Source: Pseudomonadota bacterium
Lineage (GTDB): Bacteria; Pseudomonadota; Alphaproteobacteria; Rhodobacterales; Rhodobacteraceae
Assembly (NCBI GenBank): GCA_038526085.1
Contig: JBCBHE010000021.1
Location: forward strand, 3,705-67,704
DNA length: 64,000 nucleotides
Direction of reading: 5' to 3'
Part shown: piece after piece, positions 55,852 through 64,000 of the stretch
Layout of the letters: the number at the start of each line of letters is the position of its first letter
Position numbering within the stretch: position 1 is the stretch's first letter
The notes under the pieces: model-generated
Database searches by the model: none
What the model saw: only the letters and a program-made list of their open reading frames with translations
What the model was told of the DNA's origin: nothing
Translations under genes and position numbers: made by a program

Positions 55852-57564
55852 ATCGCGCGGGACTGGCAAGTCCTCGGCCGGGAGCGGGGCAGCCGTGAAA
55901 GACAACGACAAACGATAAAACGCGGGTGTCGCCTCAACCTCCATTTCAGACCCGAGCTGTGTCGCAAAAGCGGTCATCAGCTGCGCGCCAAGCCCAGTCG
56001 AATGCGGGTCCGACTTTTTGTAACCCGGCCCACCCCGGCTGTTTTCAATCATCAGCCCAACACGCTGCTCGCCCTGGTCCTTTAAGGCAATCTTCAACCG
56101 CAACGGCGCACCCGGCGCGGCGGAAATGTACTTATGGGCATTGGTGAGCGCCTCCGTCACAAGCAGGGAAAACGGAACGGCTTGGTCCGGTAGAAGGCTC
56201 ACTGGGTCATAGTCAGTCTCTAACACAACGGATTTCGCGTGTTGGGACAGCCCCTGCATCTGCTCCACAATATCACTCAACAACTCATCCAGTCGGATCG
56301 CAGCCAAACCAGATGTTTGATAGAGGCTCTTGTGAATGGTGGCGAGGCTCAGCACCCGGTCTTGCAAACCCGCCATTACCTCTTTCACCTCATCGGACTG
56401 CGTGCGCCGCATCTGCATCGCCATAATAGAGGCGATCAGCTGCAGATTATTCTTCACCCGATGATGCACCTCCCGCAGTAGGATGTTCTTCTGATACAGC
56501 GCGTCTTCCAACTTAGCCTCATCCCGCACGACGGCATCCGTGAGGGTGATGTAGGCGTCACCAAAATCGCGCAATTCAACCGGAGCCGCATTAAAGGATG
56601 GTGGGAGTTCGGTTCGCCGGTTCTTTGCAAACCCCCGCATCGCAAACCCCAGCGATGTCACGTGCCGCGTCACCAAAAAGTCGACGACGAACCAGCCGAC
56701 GACCAAACTCGCCAACCACATCACCAGCGGAAAGAAGGCGGCGCGCTGGAGGTAGAAGATCGAGGCGCTGGCGTCCTGATCCGCCCAGATGCCCACCATT
56801 GAAATCTCGCCTTGCACCACCGGAGACACGGCATAAATCGTGGCATCACCATTGTCTGACGTGGCGCTGAAACTCCCGCCACTGTCGAGAAAGCGCTGCG
56901 GCAGACCGTAAGAAGGCAAAAGCGCCTGCGCCTCTTCGACGGGCAGCGATGTCGTAAGGATCTCTCCGGCCGTATTTACCGTGACAAACTGGGCACCGGG
57001 GATCGTGAGGTTTCGATTTTCCAACACCATCTCTTGGGGGATCGAGGCGGTCACATACCCCAACGTCCCACCGCGCCGGTCAAACACAGGCGATAAGACG
57101 TAGATCACAGGTGAATCGCTGGCAAATCCCATTGGCCGGCGCCGTACGATTTCGCGTGGGTCTGACAATGCCGCGGCAAAATCATCAGTCACCGCCATCT
57201 CGGCCGGGCTATTGGGCGACGCACAGGGCACCGACCCATCAGCGGCAAGGAACCCAACGAAGCCTAAGTTGGACCGCTCCGCGATCCGGCCCAAGGCCGC
57301 GCTGCACACCTCAGGCTGCTGCAACAAATCCAGGACAATCGCGCCAACCGATCCCGCGACGCCCCGTGCCTTATCGATCAGGGCAAGTTCCGTACTCGCG
57401 ACCTGAACGGTTTCTCCAAACAAGGCCGCCTTGTTACGAGCCTCCGTTTGAGAAATCACAGCTTGCGACCGCAAGATCGACACAATGGCCAAGGGCAACA
57501 GGATCACCGCAAGGGAAAACGCCATGCGAAAGCCCAAACGATCCAGAAATTGTGTGCCTAACAC
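55798..57564 (-). CDS. Membrane sensor histidine kinase, HWE/HisKA_2 type, with periplasmic Cache-like domain
   Basis: [33 protein letters not shown]; two TM segments. Confidence 0.9.
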   Translation of the reverse strand: MLGTQFLDRLGFRMAFSLAVILLPLAIVSILRSQAVISQTEARNKAALFGETVQVASTELALIDKARGVAGSVGAIVLDLLQQPEVCSAALGRIAERSNLGFVGFLAADGSVPCASPNSPAEMAVTDDFAAALSDPREIVRRRPMGFASDSPVIYVLSPVFDRRGGTLGYVTASIPQEMVLENRNLTIPGAQFVTVNTAGEILTTSLPVEEAQALLPSYGLPQRFLDSGGSFSATSDNGDATIYAVSPVVQGEISMVGIWADQDASASIFYLQRAAFFPLVMWLASLVVGWFVVDFLVTRHVTSLGFAMRGFAKNRRTELPPSFNAAPVELRDFGDAYITLTDAVVRDEAKLEDALYQKNILLREVHHRVKNNLQLIASIMAMQMRRTQSDEVKEVMAGLQDRVLSLATIHKSLYQTSGLAAIRLDELLSDIVEQMQGLSQHAKSVVLETDYDPVSLLPDQAVPFSLLVTEALTNAHKYISAAPGAPLRLKIALKDQGEQRVGLMIENSRGGPGYKKSDPHSTGLGAQLMTAFATQLGSEMEVEATPAFYRLSLSFTAAPLPAEDLPVPRDLGTQQPDQRSDDEKAEE

Positions 57565-57618
57565 TGCCGAACGTCCCTACTGCCTGCGCCATTGTGTCGG
57601 CACCGTACCATAGGGCGC

Positions 57619-57643
57619 AACGCAACAGACACCAATTGGTTCC
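57619..57643 (-). promoter_or_regulatory. EcfG-type promoter for the histidine kinase gene
   Basis: Minus strand GGAAC-N16-CGTT. Confidence 0.75.
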
Positions 57644-57704
57644 GGAGCGACCTGCCGGGCGCGCGCCAAATGGTGTTGACCCATAAAGCGCCGTTGGCGG
57701 CGGC

Positions 57705-58727
57705 TTATGCCGCCGGGCCCGTCGATGTTCCAACGACCAACTCGGCCTCCATCAGCTCCTGCTCAAGCCCACGGTCCGGATCATTGATTTGCCGAATTAG
57801 CACTTCGGCAATTTTCTGACCCGCCGCGCGCACCGATGACCGGACGGCCGTGAACACCGGGACATCCTGGCGGTTGCTGAGATAGGACAAGTCATCGTCG
57901 TAGGCGATCAAGGATACATCTTGCCCCATCACCAACCCCGCTTCTTGAATGGCCCGCCGTGCGCCGATCGCTAAGGTAATGGATGAAACAACAATCGCCG
58001 AAGGCCCACCATCCATCGCCAAAAGACGCGCGGCTGCCGCATGCCCGTTATCTTCGGTCATCGCCCCCTGCGACGTCAGGGTTGGGTCAATCGGTAGGCC
58101 TGCGTCAGTTAACGCCGATTCATATCCGGAGCGGCGCCGCGCCGCGAAATCCATCCGCTCGTCCCCATTGATCAACCCAATCCGCCGATGCCCAAGATCA
58201 ATCAAAAACATCGCCGCTCGGTGAAACGCATGCCGGTTATTGACATCAACCCAGGCATAGGGTGCCGCAATCCCGGACGCACGCCCATGCACGACAAACG
58301 GCATCCCAATGTCATGCATCAAGGCGATCCGGTCATCATTCGTGACCGGCGCTTGAAGCACAATCCCATCGACGGAGCCTTCGGATTTCAATTTGCGGAA
58401 CGTGGCCGCTTCCTGATCGGATTCGGTCAAGGTCAGCGACAAACTGTAACCCGCGGCGGCGCTCGTTTCTGTCAGGCCACCGATAAAATCACCAAAGATG
58501 GGGTTCACCAGCTGCTCTTTATTTTTGGTCGACAGAACATGACCAATGTTAAAGGAACGACCCGTCGCCAAGGCTTGCGCCCGCTTGTTTGGGCGATAGT
58601 TGTAGCGCGCGGCCGCAGCGGCCACACGGGCCCGCGTTTCGGCGTTCACTTCCGGGTATCCGCCTAAGGCGCGCGACACCGTTGTGGGCGACAGCCCCAA
58701 CCGCGACGACAGCTCCTTCAAGTTCAT
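57705..58727 (-). CDS. aglR: LacI-family regulator of the agl operon
   Basis: MNLKELSSRLGLSPTTVSRAL HTH; divergent from aglE; start moved to ATG 58727. Confidence 0.9.
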   Translation of the reverse strand: MNLKELSSRLGLSPTTVSRALGGYPEVNAETRARVAAAAARYNYRPNKRAQALATGRSFNIGHVLSTKNKEQLVNPIFGDFIGGLTETSAAAGYSLSLTLTESDQEAATFRKLKSEGSVDGIVLQAPVTNDDRIALMHDIGMPFVVHGRASGIAAPYAWVDVNNRHAFHRAAMFLIDLGHRRIGLINGDERMDFAARRRSGYESALTDAGLPIDPTLTSQGAMTEDNGHAAAARLLAMDGGPSAIVVSSITLAIGARRAIQEAGLVMGQDVSLIAYDDDLSYLSNRQDVPVFTAVRSSVRAAGQKIAEVLIRQINDPDRGLEQELMEAELVVGTSTGPAA

Positions 58728-58876
58728 GGAATTCCCCAAAGCGGTTTCAAAACTCGAGGCACTTTCAATCATTGCCCCATTCAGGGTCAACAAAAAATTG
58801 CACGGAAATGAGGGATTTGCCTATCCTTTCAGATGATTTCTGTTGACAGACCGCGCAGAATCGTAATTTTGAGAAT

Positions 58877-58894
58877 ATCCAAACCGCTTTGGAT
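58877..58894. promoter_or_regulatory. LacI-type operator
   Basis: ATCCAAA-CCGC-TTTGGAT palindrome; related AAAGCG sites near 58737 and 58925. Confidence 0.7.
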
Positions 58895-58950
58895 GCGGCA
58901 TTGGGAGATGCCGCTGGAGAGATACCAAAGCGTCCAAAAGGGAGAGACCT

Positions 58951-60213
58951 ATGAAATCCGTTTATCTCGCAAGCGCAGCCGCGCTTGCCATCACAGCGTC
59001 GTCTGCAATGGCCGAGCAGGTCACTGTGTTCGGTCCATGGCTTGGCCCAGACCAAGAGAACGTCGAAAAAGTACTTGCGGCATTCGCAGAAGCCTCAGGC
59101 CACGACGTCCGCTACACTGGCTCTGACAGCTTTGAACAGCAGATCATGGTCGACGCCGAAGCTGGGTCCGCGCCGAACGTCGCTGTCTTCCCACAGCCCG
59201 GCCTTGCCTCCGACATGGCATCGCGCGGTTTCTTGACACCGCTCAAGGATGGCACTGGCGACTGGATCGTTGACAACTACGCTGCAGGTCAGTCCTGGGT
59301 TGATCTGGGCACCTACGCAGACGATGCCGGCGCAGACAATCTGTACGGCTTCTTCTACAAAGTCGATGTGAAGTCGCTCGTTTGGTACTCCCCTGAGAAC
59401 TTCGAAGACGCTGGCTACGAAGTGCCAACAACAATGGAAGACCTTAAGGAACTGTCTGACCAAATCGTCGCAGACGGCGGCACGCCTTGGTGCATCGGTC
59501 TGGGATCTGGTGGCGCAACTGGCTGGCCCGCAACAGACTGGGTTGAAGACATGATGCTGCGCACGCAGGCCCCAGCTGTCTATGACCAGTGGGTGTCCAA
59601 CGAACTGGCCTTCGACGCACCTGAAGTTGTTGCCGCTATCGAAGAGTTTGGCGCATTTGCCCGCAACGACGACTACGTCGCTGGTGGCGCAGGTGCCGTG
59701 GCCTCCACGGATTTCCGCGACAGCCCAAAAGGCATGTTTGACAGCCCACCACAGTGCTACATGCACCGTCAGGCGTCCTTCATCCCAGCGTTCTTCCCAG
59801 AAGGCACTGTTGTTGGCGAAGATGCAGATTTCTTCTACTTCCCAGCCTATGCTGAGAAGGATCTGGGCGCGCCTGTTTTGGGTGCAGGGACCCTCTGGGC
59901 CATTACCAACGAAAACGAAGCAGCACACGACCTCGTTGCGTTCCTACAAACGCCAGAAGCCCACGAAATCTGGATGGGTCTTGGTGGCTTCCTGACACCA
60001 CACAAAGGTGTTGATACGTCGAAGTTCTCTGACGCAGCGACCGCCAAGATGAACGACATCTTGCTGGCAGCGACAACCTTCCGGTTTGACGCGTCTGACC
60101 TGATGCCAGGTGCGGTTGGTGCCGGAACCTTCTGGACAGGCATGGTGGACTACGCGGGCGGCAAAGACGCTGCCGAAGTGGCCGCTGGCATTCAGGCGTC
60201 TTGGCCAAACTAA
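58951..60213 (+). CDS. aglE: Alpha-glucoside ABC substrate-binding protein
   Basis: SFEQQI, PQPGL, KSLVWY, GATGWPATDWVEDMMLRT, FRFDASDLMP. Confidence 0.9.
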   Translation: MKSVYLASAAALAITASSAMAEQVTVFGPWLGPDQENVEKVLAAFAEASGHDVRYTGSDSFEQQIMVDAEAGSAPNVAVFPQPGLASDMASRGFLTPLKDGTGDWIVDNYAAGQSWVDLGTYADDAGADNLYGFFYKVDVKSLVWYSPENFEDAGYEVPTTMEDLKELSDQIVADGGTPWCIGLGSGGATGWPATDWVEDMMLRTQAPAVYDQWVSNELAFDAPEVVAAIEEFGAFARNDDYVAGGAGAVASTDFRDSPKGMFDSPPQCYMHRQASFIPAFFPEGTVVGEDADFFYFPAYAEKDLGAPVLGAGTLWAITNENEAAHDLVAFLQTPEAHEIWMGLGGFLTPHKGVDTSKFSDAATAKMNDILLAATTFRFDASDLMPGAVGAGTFWTGMVDYAGGKDAAEVAAGIQASWPN

Positions 60214-60235
60214 GCCTCCCTGGCTGACCAAGATC

Positions 60236-60272
60236 GGGTGGGTGCGGCCTCCGGGCCGCTCCCGTCCACCCC
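60236..60272 (+). other. Intra-operon hairpin after aglE
   Basis: GGGTGG..GCGGCC-tccg-GGCCGC..CCACCC. Confidence 0.5.
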
Positions 60273-60338
60273 CAAGACCCCTCCCACATCTGCTGACCGG
60301 CGCACGCTGCGCCTTCCGCCTTTGGAAAGGACTGTCTG

Positions 60339-61577
60339 ATGCATCCAGCACTACTTGGCCTTGTGACCATTATCGTCGGTGTCGGCGGCTGTTTGGGGTA
60401 TTTCTATTTCTCGAATTTGCTGCTCGATAAGGTGATCTTTCCGCCGAAACAGGGTGATAGCGGACGCAACATCAACCGGGCAAACGCGGTGCGGCCCTGG
60501 CTGTTCCTGTTTCCAGCCATTGCGGCCCTTGGGCTCTACCTCGGCTATCCGGTGATTGAGACCTTGCGCCTGTCTCTTACCGACCGCGACGCTGGCGGGG
60601 CCTTTGTCGGGCTGGCGAACTACAACCAAATGTTCAGTGAGGAAAAGTTCTGGGAAGCCATGCGGAATAACATGCTCTGGCTGATCATCGTCCCCGCTGC
60701 CTCTACCGCATTTGGCCTGCTCGCAGCGCAGCTGACCGATCGCATCGCCTGGGGCAACATCGCGAAGTCGTTGATCTTCATGCCGATGGCGATCTCTTTC
60801 GTCGGGGCGTCCGTGATCTTTAAGTTGGTCTACGACACCCGCGCGGTTGATCAGGAACAAATTGGTATCATGAATGCGATCTGGCTCAGTTTTGACGGCG
60901 GGATCGGTTCCTTCATTTTGCTGCGCTTGGCCCCTGCCCTCGTGCTTCTCGCGTTTGCTGGGATGGTGGCCTACGCGATCAAAGCCGTGATCACCCCGCT
61001 GCGTGATCAGCACAACAAAGACGGTCTCTTCCTCAAGGGGCTCCGGGTTGTTGGTGCGGCGATTGGCGCTTGGCTGGTCTTCAAATCCATCATGTCGATC
61101 ATCGGCGTCTTCACTGTGCAATACGCCTACGGAGAGCCGCAAACATGGCTCACGATCCCGTTCTGGAACTCCTTCTTCCTGATGGTCGTGCTGATCTGGA
61201 TCCAAACGGGTTTTGCCATGGTGATCCTCTCTGCCGCCCTGCGCGGCGTGCCAGAGGAAACGGTCGAAGCAGCCATCGTGGATGGCGCGAATCCCTTTGA
61301 AGTCTTCTTCAAAATCAAGGTTCCGCAAATCATGGGCACGATCGTGGTGGTCTGGACGACCATTACCCTGGTCGTGCTTAAGGTCTTCGACATCGTTTTC
61401 GCGATGACCAACGGCCAGTGGGAGACCCAAGTACTGGCAAATTACATGTTCGACAAACTGTTCCGGGCGAATGACTGGGGCGTCGGATCGGCCTCGGCGA
61501 TCATCATCATGCTGTTGGTCTCACCGATCCTGGTTTGGAACGTGTACAACGCCCGCCAAGAGATGAAAGGACGCTAA
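60339..61577 (+). CDS. aglF: Alpha-glucoside ABC permease
   Basis: RPWLFLFP, PMAISFVGAS, WIQTGFAMVILSAALRGVP, EAAIVDGA. Confidence 0.9.
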   Translation: MHPALLGLVTIIVGVGGCLGYFYFSNLLLDKVIFPPKQGDSGRNINRANAVRPWLFLFPAIAALGLYLGYPVIETLRLSLTDRDAGGAFVGLANYNQMFSEEKFWEAMRNNMLWLIIVPAASTAFGLLAAQLTDRIAWGNIAKSLIFMPMAISFVGASVIFKLVYDTRAVDQEQIGIMNAIWLSFDGGIGSFILLRLAPALVLLAFAGMVAYAIKAVITPLRDQHNKDGLFLKGLRVVGAAIGAWLVFKSIMSIIGVFTVQYAYGEPQTWLTIPFWNSFFLMVVLIWIQTGFAMVILSAALRGVPEETVEAAIVDGANPFEVFFKIKVPQIMGTIVVVWTTITLVVLKVFDIVFAMTNGQWETQVLANYMFDKLFRANDWGVGSASAIIIMLLVSPILVWNVYNARQEMKGR

Positions 61578-61578
61578 G

Positions 61579-62730
61579 ATGAGTGATATTGCAGGTACCA
61601 AATCCTCGCTCACCTGGGCGGTTCAGATCTCCACAGTGCTGCTTGTTGCCTTGTGGCTGTTCCCCACCCTTGGTTTGCTCGTCTCGTCCTTCCGGACCGC
61701 CGACCAGATCTCAAGCTCTGGATGGTGGAACGCCTTGTTTGAAGCGGAACAAAACGTCGTCATCCGCGTCGCAGACCCAGACGATTTTAGAGTCCAACAA
61801 GGGGATATCTTTGTTGTTGAAGGCAATCTGTTTGGCGAGGCCGGCGACGCAGATATCTCTGTCTGGGGCACGTCATCGCGGGCAATTGACGCTAATGCAG
61901 CAGGTGAAACCGCTGATATGGGCGACGGCGAAAGCCTGACATTGCAAGCCAACGGCGACTACGTCTGGTCCGGAAATGACGACCAGATCTCTGGCCGGGC
62001 GCAGCGTGTCTTTGCAACCGTGACCAGCCCGCCAGAGTTCACATTGGCCAACTATGACCAGATCCTGTTTAGCGGCAACAGCACCGACAGTATGGCGAAA
62101 GCCTTCTTCAACACGCTAACTGTGACGATCCCGGCGACCATTATTCCCATCGTTGTGGCAGCCTTTGCCGCATACGCGCTGGCGTGGATGGACTTCCCGG
62201 GTCGGGCGCTCTTGATCGCGATCGTTGTGGGCCTCCTCGTGGTGCCCCTGCAATTGGCGCTGATCCCGCTTCTCAAACTCCACCTCGGCATTGGTATCGG
62301 CAAAGGCTACCTGGGGGTGTGGCTTGCGCATACCGGCTTCGGCCTACCGCTCGCCGTGTATCTCTTACGCAATTACATGGTCGGGCTCCCGCGTGACATC
62401 ATCGAAAACGCCAAGGTCGATGGGGCCACGGACTTTCAAATCTTCACCAAGATCGTCCTGCCTTTGTCCTTCCCGGCACTGGCCTCTTTCGGCATCTTCC
62501 AGTTCCTGTGGACGTGGAATGACCTGCTGGTAGCGAAGGTGTTCCTGATCGACGCAACTGGTGAAACGACGGTGATGACCAACCAGATCGTCGAACTCCT
62601 CGGCACACGGGGTGGCAATTGGGAAATCCTCGCGACGGCAGCTTTCGTGTCGATCGCGGTACCCCTCGTTGTCTTCTTCTCTATGCAACGGTTCTTAGTG
62701 CGCGGGTTGCTCGCGGGTTCAGTCAAATAA
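61579..62730 (+). CDS. aglG: Alpha-glucoside ABC permease
   Basis: LLVSSFRT, VPLQLAL, ENAKVDGA, IFQFLWTWND. Confidence 0.9.
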   Translation: MSDIAGTKSSLTWAVQISTVLLVALWLFPTLGLLVSSFRTADQISSSGWWNALFEAEQNVVIRVADPDDFRVQQGDIFVVEGNLFGEAGDADISVWGTSSRAIDANAAGETADMGDGESLTLQANGDYVWSGNDDQISGRAQRVFATVTSPPEFTLANYDQILFSGNSTDSMAKAFFNTLTVTIPATIIPIVVAAFAAYALAWMDFPGRALLIAIVVGLLVVPLQLALIPLLKLHLGIGIGKGYLGVWLAHTGFGLPLAVYLLRNYMVGLPRDIIENAKVDGATDFQIFTKIVLPLSFPALASFGIFQFLWTWNDLLVAKVFLIDATGETTVMTNQIVELLGTRGGNWEILATAAFVSIAVPLVVFFSMQRFLVRGLLAGSVK

Positions 62731-62738
62731 GGCACGAC

Positions 62739-64000
62739 ATGACAAAGATGGATACAGTCACGGCAGCAAACAGCCTGACGAAAGACCCAGAATGGTGGCG
62801 GGGCGCAGTGATCTACCAGATCTACCCGCGTAGCTTCCAAGACAGCAACGGAACAGGCACCGGCGATCTCAAAGGGATCGCGAGCCGCCTGCCCTATGTT
62901 GCGTCGCTGGGCGTTGATGCAATCTGGATCAGCCCATTCTTCAAATCCCCTATGAAGGACTTTGGCTACGACGTCAGCGACTATTGCGACGTGGACCCAA
63001 TGTTTGGCACGCTTGCCGACTTTGATCACCTGATCGAAACCGCCCACCGCCTGAACCTAAAGGTGATGATCGACCTGGTGTTATCACACACCAGCGATCA
63101 ACACGCCTGGTTCGCAGAAAGCCGATCAAGCCGGGACAACGCGAAAAACGATTGGTACGTCTGGTCAGACCCAAAGCCAGACGGGACACCGCCTAACAAC
63201 TGGCTGTCGATCTTCGGTGGCTCCGCCTGGCAATGGGATGCCCGACGGGAGCAGTACTACCTGCATAACTTCCTCACCTCCCAACCAGATCTGAATTTCC
63301 ACACCGCCGCCGTGCAAGACGCATTGCTGGACGTGGCTCATTTCTGGCTTGAACGCGGCGTTGACGGCTTCCGCCTCGACACCATCAACTTCTACGTTCA
63401 CGATGCAAAACTGCGGGACAATCCGCCGCTACCGCCGGAAGACCGGAACGCGACCATCGCGCCGTCAGTGAACCCTTACAACCATCAAACGCACCTTTAT
63501 TCCAAGAATAGACCCGAAAATCTGACCTTCTTGCGCCGCCTGCGCGCCGTGATGGACCCCTATCGCGCCGCAGCCGTCGGTGAAGTAGGCGATGCCCAAA
63601 AGGGGCTTGAGATCATGGGCCAATACACCGCTGGTGATGATCTCATGCAGATGTGCTACGCGTTTGAGTTCCTCGCTTCCGACCAGCCATCAGCAGCCAG
63701 GTTCTCAGAAGTGCTGCACAAGGTTGATGACGTCGCCGCAGACGGTTGGGCGTGCTGGGCGTTCTCCAACCACGATGTGCCACGCCACATCAGCCGGTGG
63801 AACCTCTCTGACGCAGCCGCCCGCGCGCTCACAACGCTGATTGTCAGCTTGCGCGGATCCGTCTGCATCTACCAAGGCGAAGAACTCGGGCTTGAAGAGG
63901 CCGAAGTCGCCTTTGAAGACCTGCAAGACCCTTACGGCATTCAGTTCTGGCCCGAATTCAAAGGCCGCGATGGCTGCCGGACGCCGATGGTTTGGGAAAA
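62739..64000 (+). CDS. aglA: GH13 alpha-glucosidase (3' truncated by the window)
   Basis: Hand translation from ATG 62739: WWRGAVIYQIYPRSFQD, SPMKDFGYDVSDY, GVDGFRLD, FSNHD. Confidence 0.93.
   Translation, partial: MTKMDTVTAANSLTKDPEWWRGAVIYQIYPRSFQDSNGTGTGDLKGIASRLPYVASLGVDAIWISPFFKSPMKDFGYDVSDYCDVDPMFGTLADFDHLIETAHRLNLKVMIDLVLSHTSDQHAWFAESRSSRDNAKNDWYVWSDPKPDGTPPNNWLSIFGGSAWQWDARREQYYLHNFLTSQPDLNFHTAAVQDALLDVAHFWLERGVDGFRLDTINFYVHDAKLRDNPPLPPEDRNATIAPSVNPYNHQTHLYSKNRPENLTFLRRLRAVMDPYRAAAVGEVGDAQKGLEIMGQYTAGDDLMQMCYAFEFLASDQPSAARFSEVLHKVDDVAADGWACWAFSNHDVPRHISRWNLSDAAARALTTLIVSLRGSVCIYQGEELGLEEAEVAFEDLQDPYGIQFWPEFKGRDGCRTPMVWE

Noticed and set aside
1-64000. tRNA, rRNA, tmRNA, transposases, integrases, prophage genes
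   Set aside because: No tRNA-like arms, rRNA signatures or DDE/integrase/phage motifs seen by eye in intergenic regions or ORFs; a covariance-model scan was not run.

Overview
64 kb of moderately GC-rich chromosome whose gene content points to a Rhodobacteraceae/Roseobacter-group alphaproteobacterium (taxon is inference). I found no rRNA, tRNA, CRISPR array, transposase or phage genes. Routine content: a TRAP-ALDH-SDR operon, a YeeE/YedE pair, UDP-glucuronate epimerase and ugd, xylB, ilvA, monomeric icd, kynU with a putative formamidase, a glucosylglycerate-type phosphatase/synthase pair, a sugar-acid catabolic cluster, the phyR-nepR-ecfG stress locus with its promoters, and aglR-aglEFGA. The best candidate for an undescribed system lies at 7.9-20.5 kb. 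A giant, almost lysine-free autotransporter is followed by a PP2C phosphatase and a membrane Hanks-type Ser/Thr kinase. This operon converges on an ExbB-ExbD-ExbD-TonB/TolA-like motor operon, which is divergent from a secreted caspase-like peptidoglycan-binding protein. The kinase and the TonB-like protein end in the same ~200-aa two-cysteine periplasmic domain (19/64 identical in an ungapped hand alignment), and no TonB-dependent receptor or T6SS gene is in the window. Other leads are a denD-atypical ureohydrolase-orphan GlpPQ-like permease operon, a sensor-only periplasmic protein inside the stress locus, a phosphoglycosyl transferase lacking its catalytic Glu, and several candidate RNA elements. 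All assignments are motif-based from reading the sequence; no searches were run.
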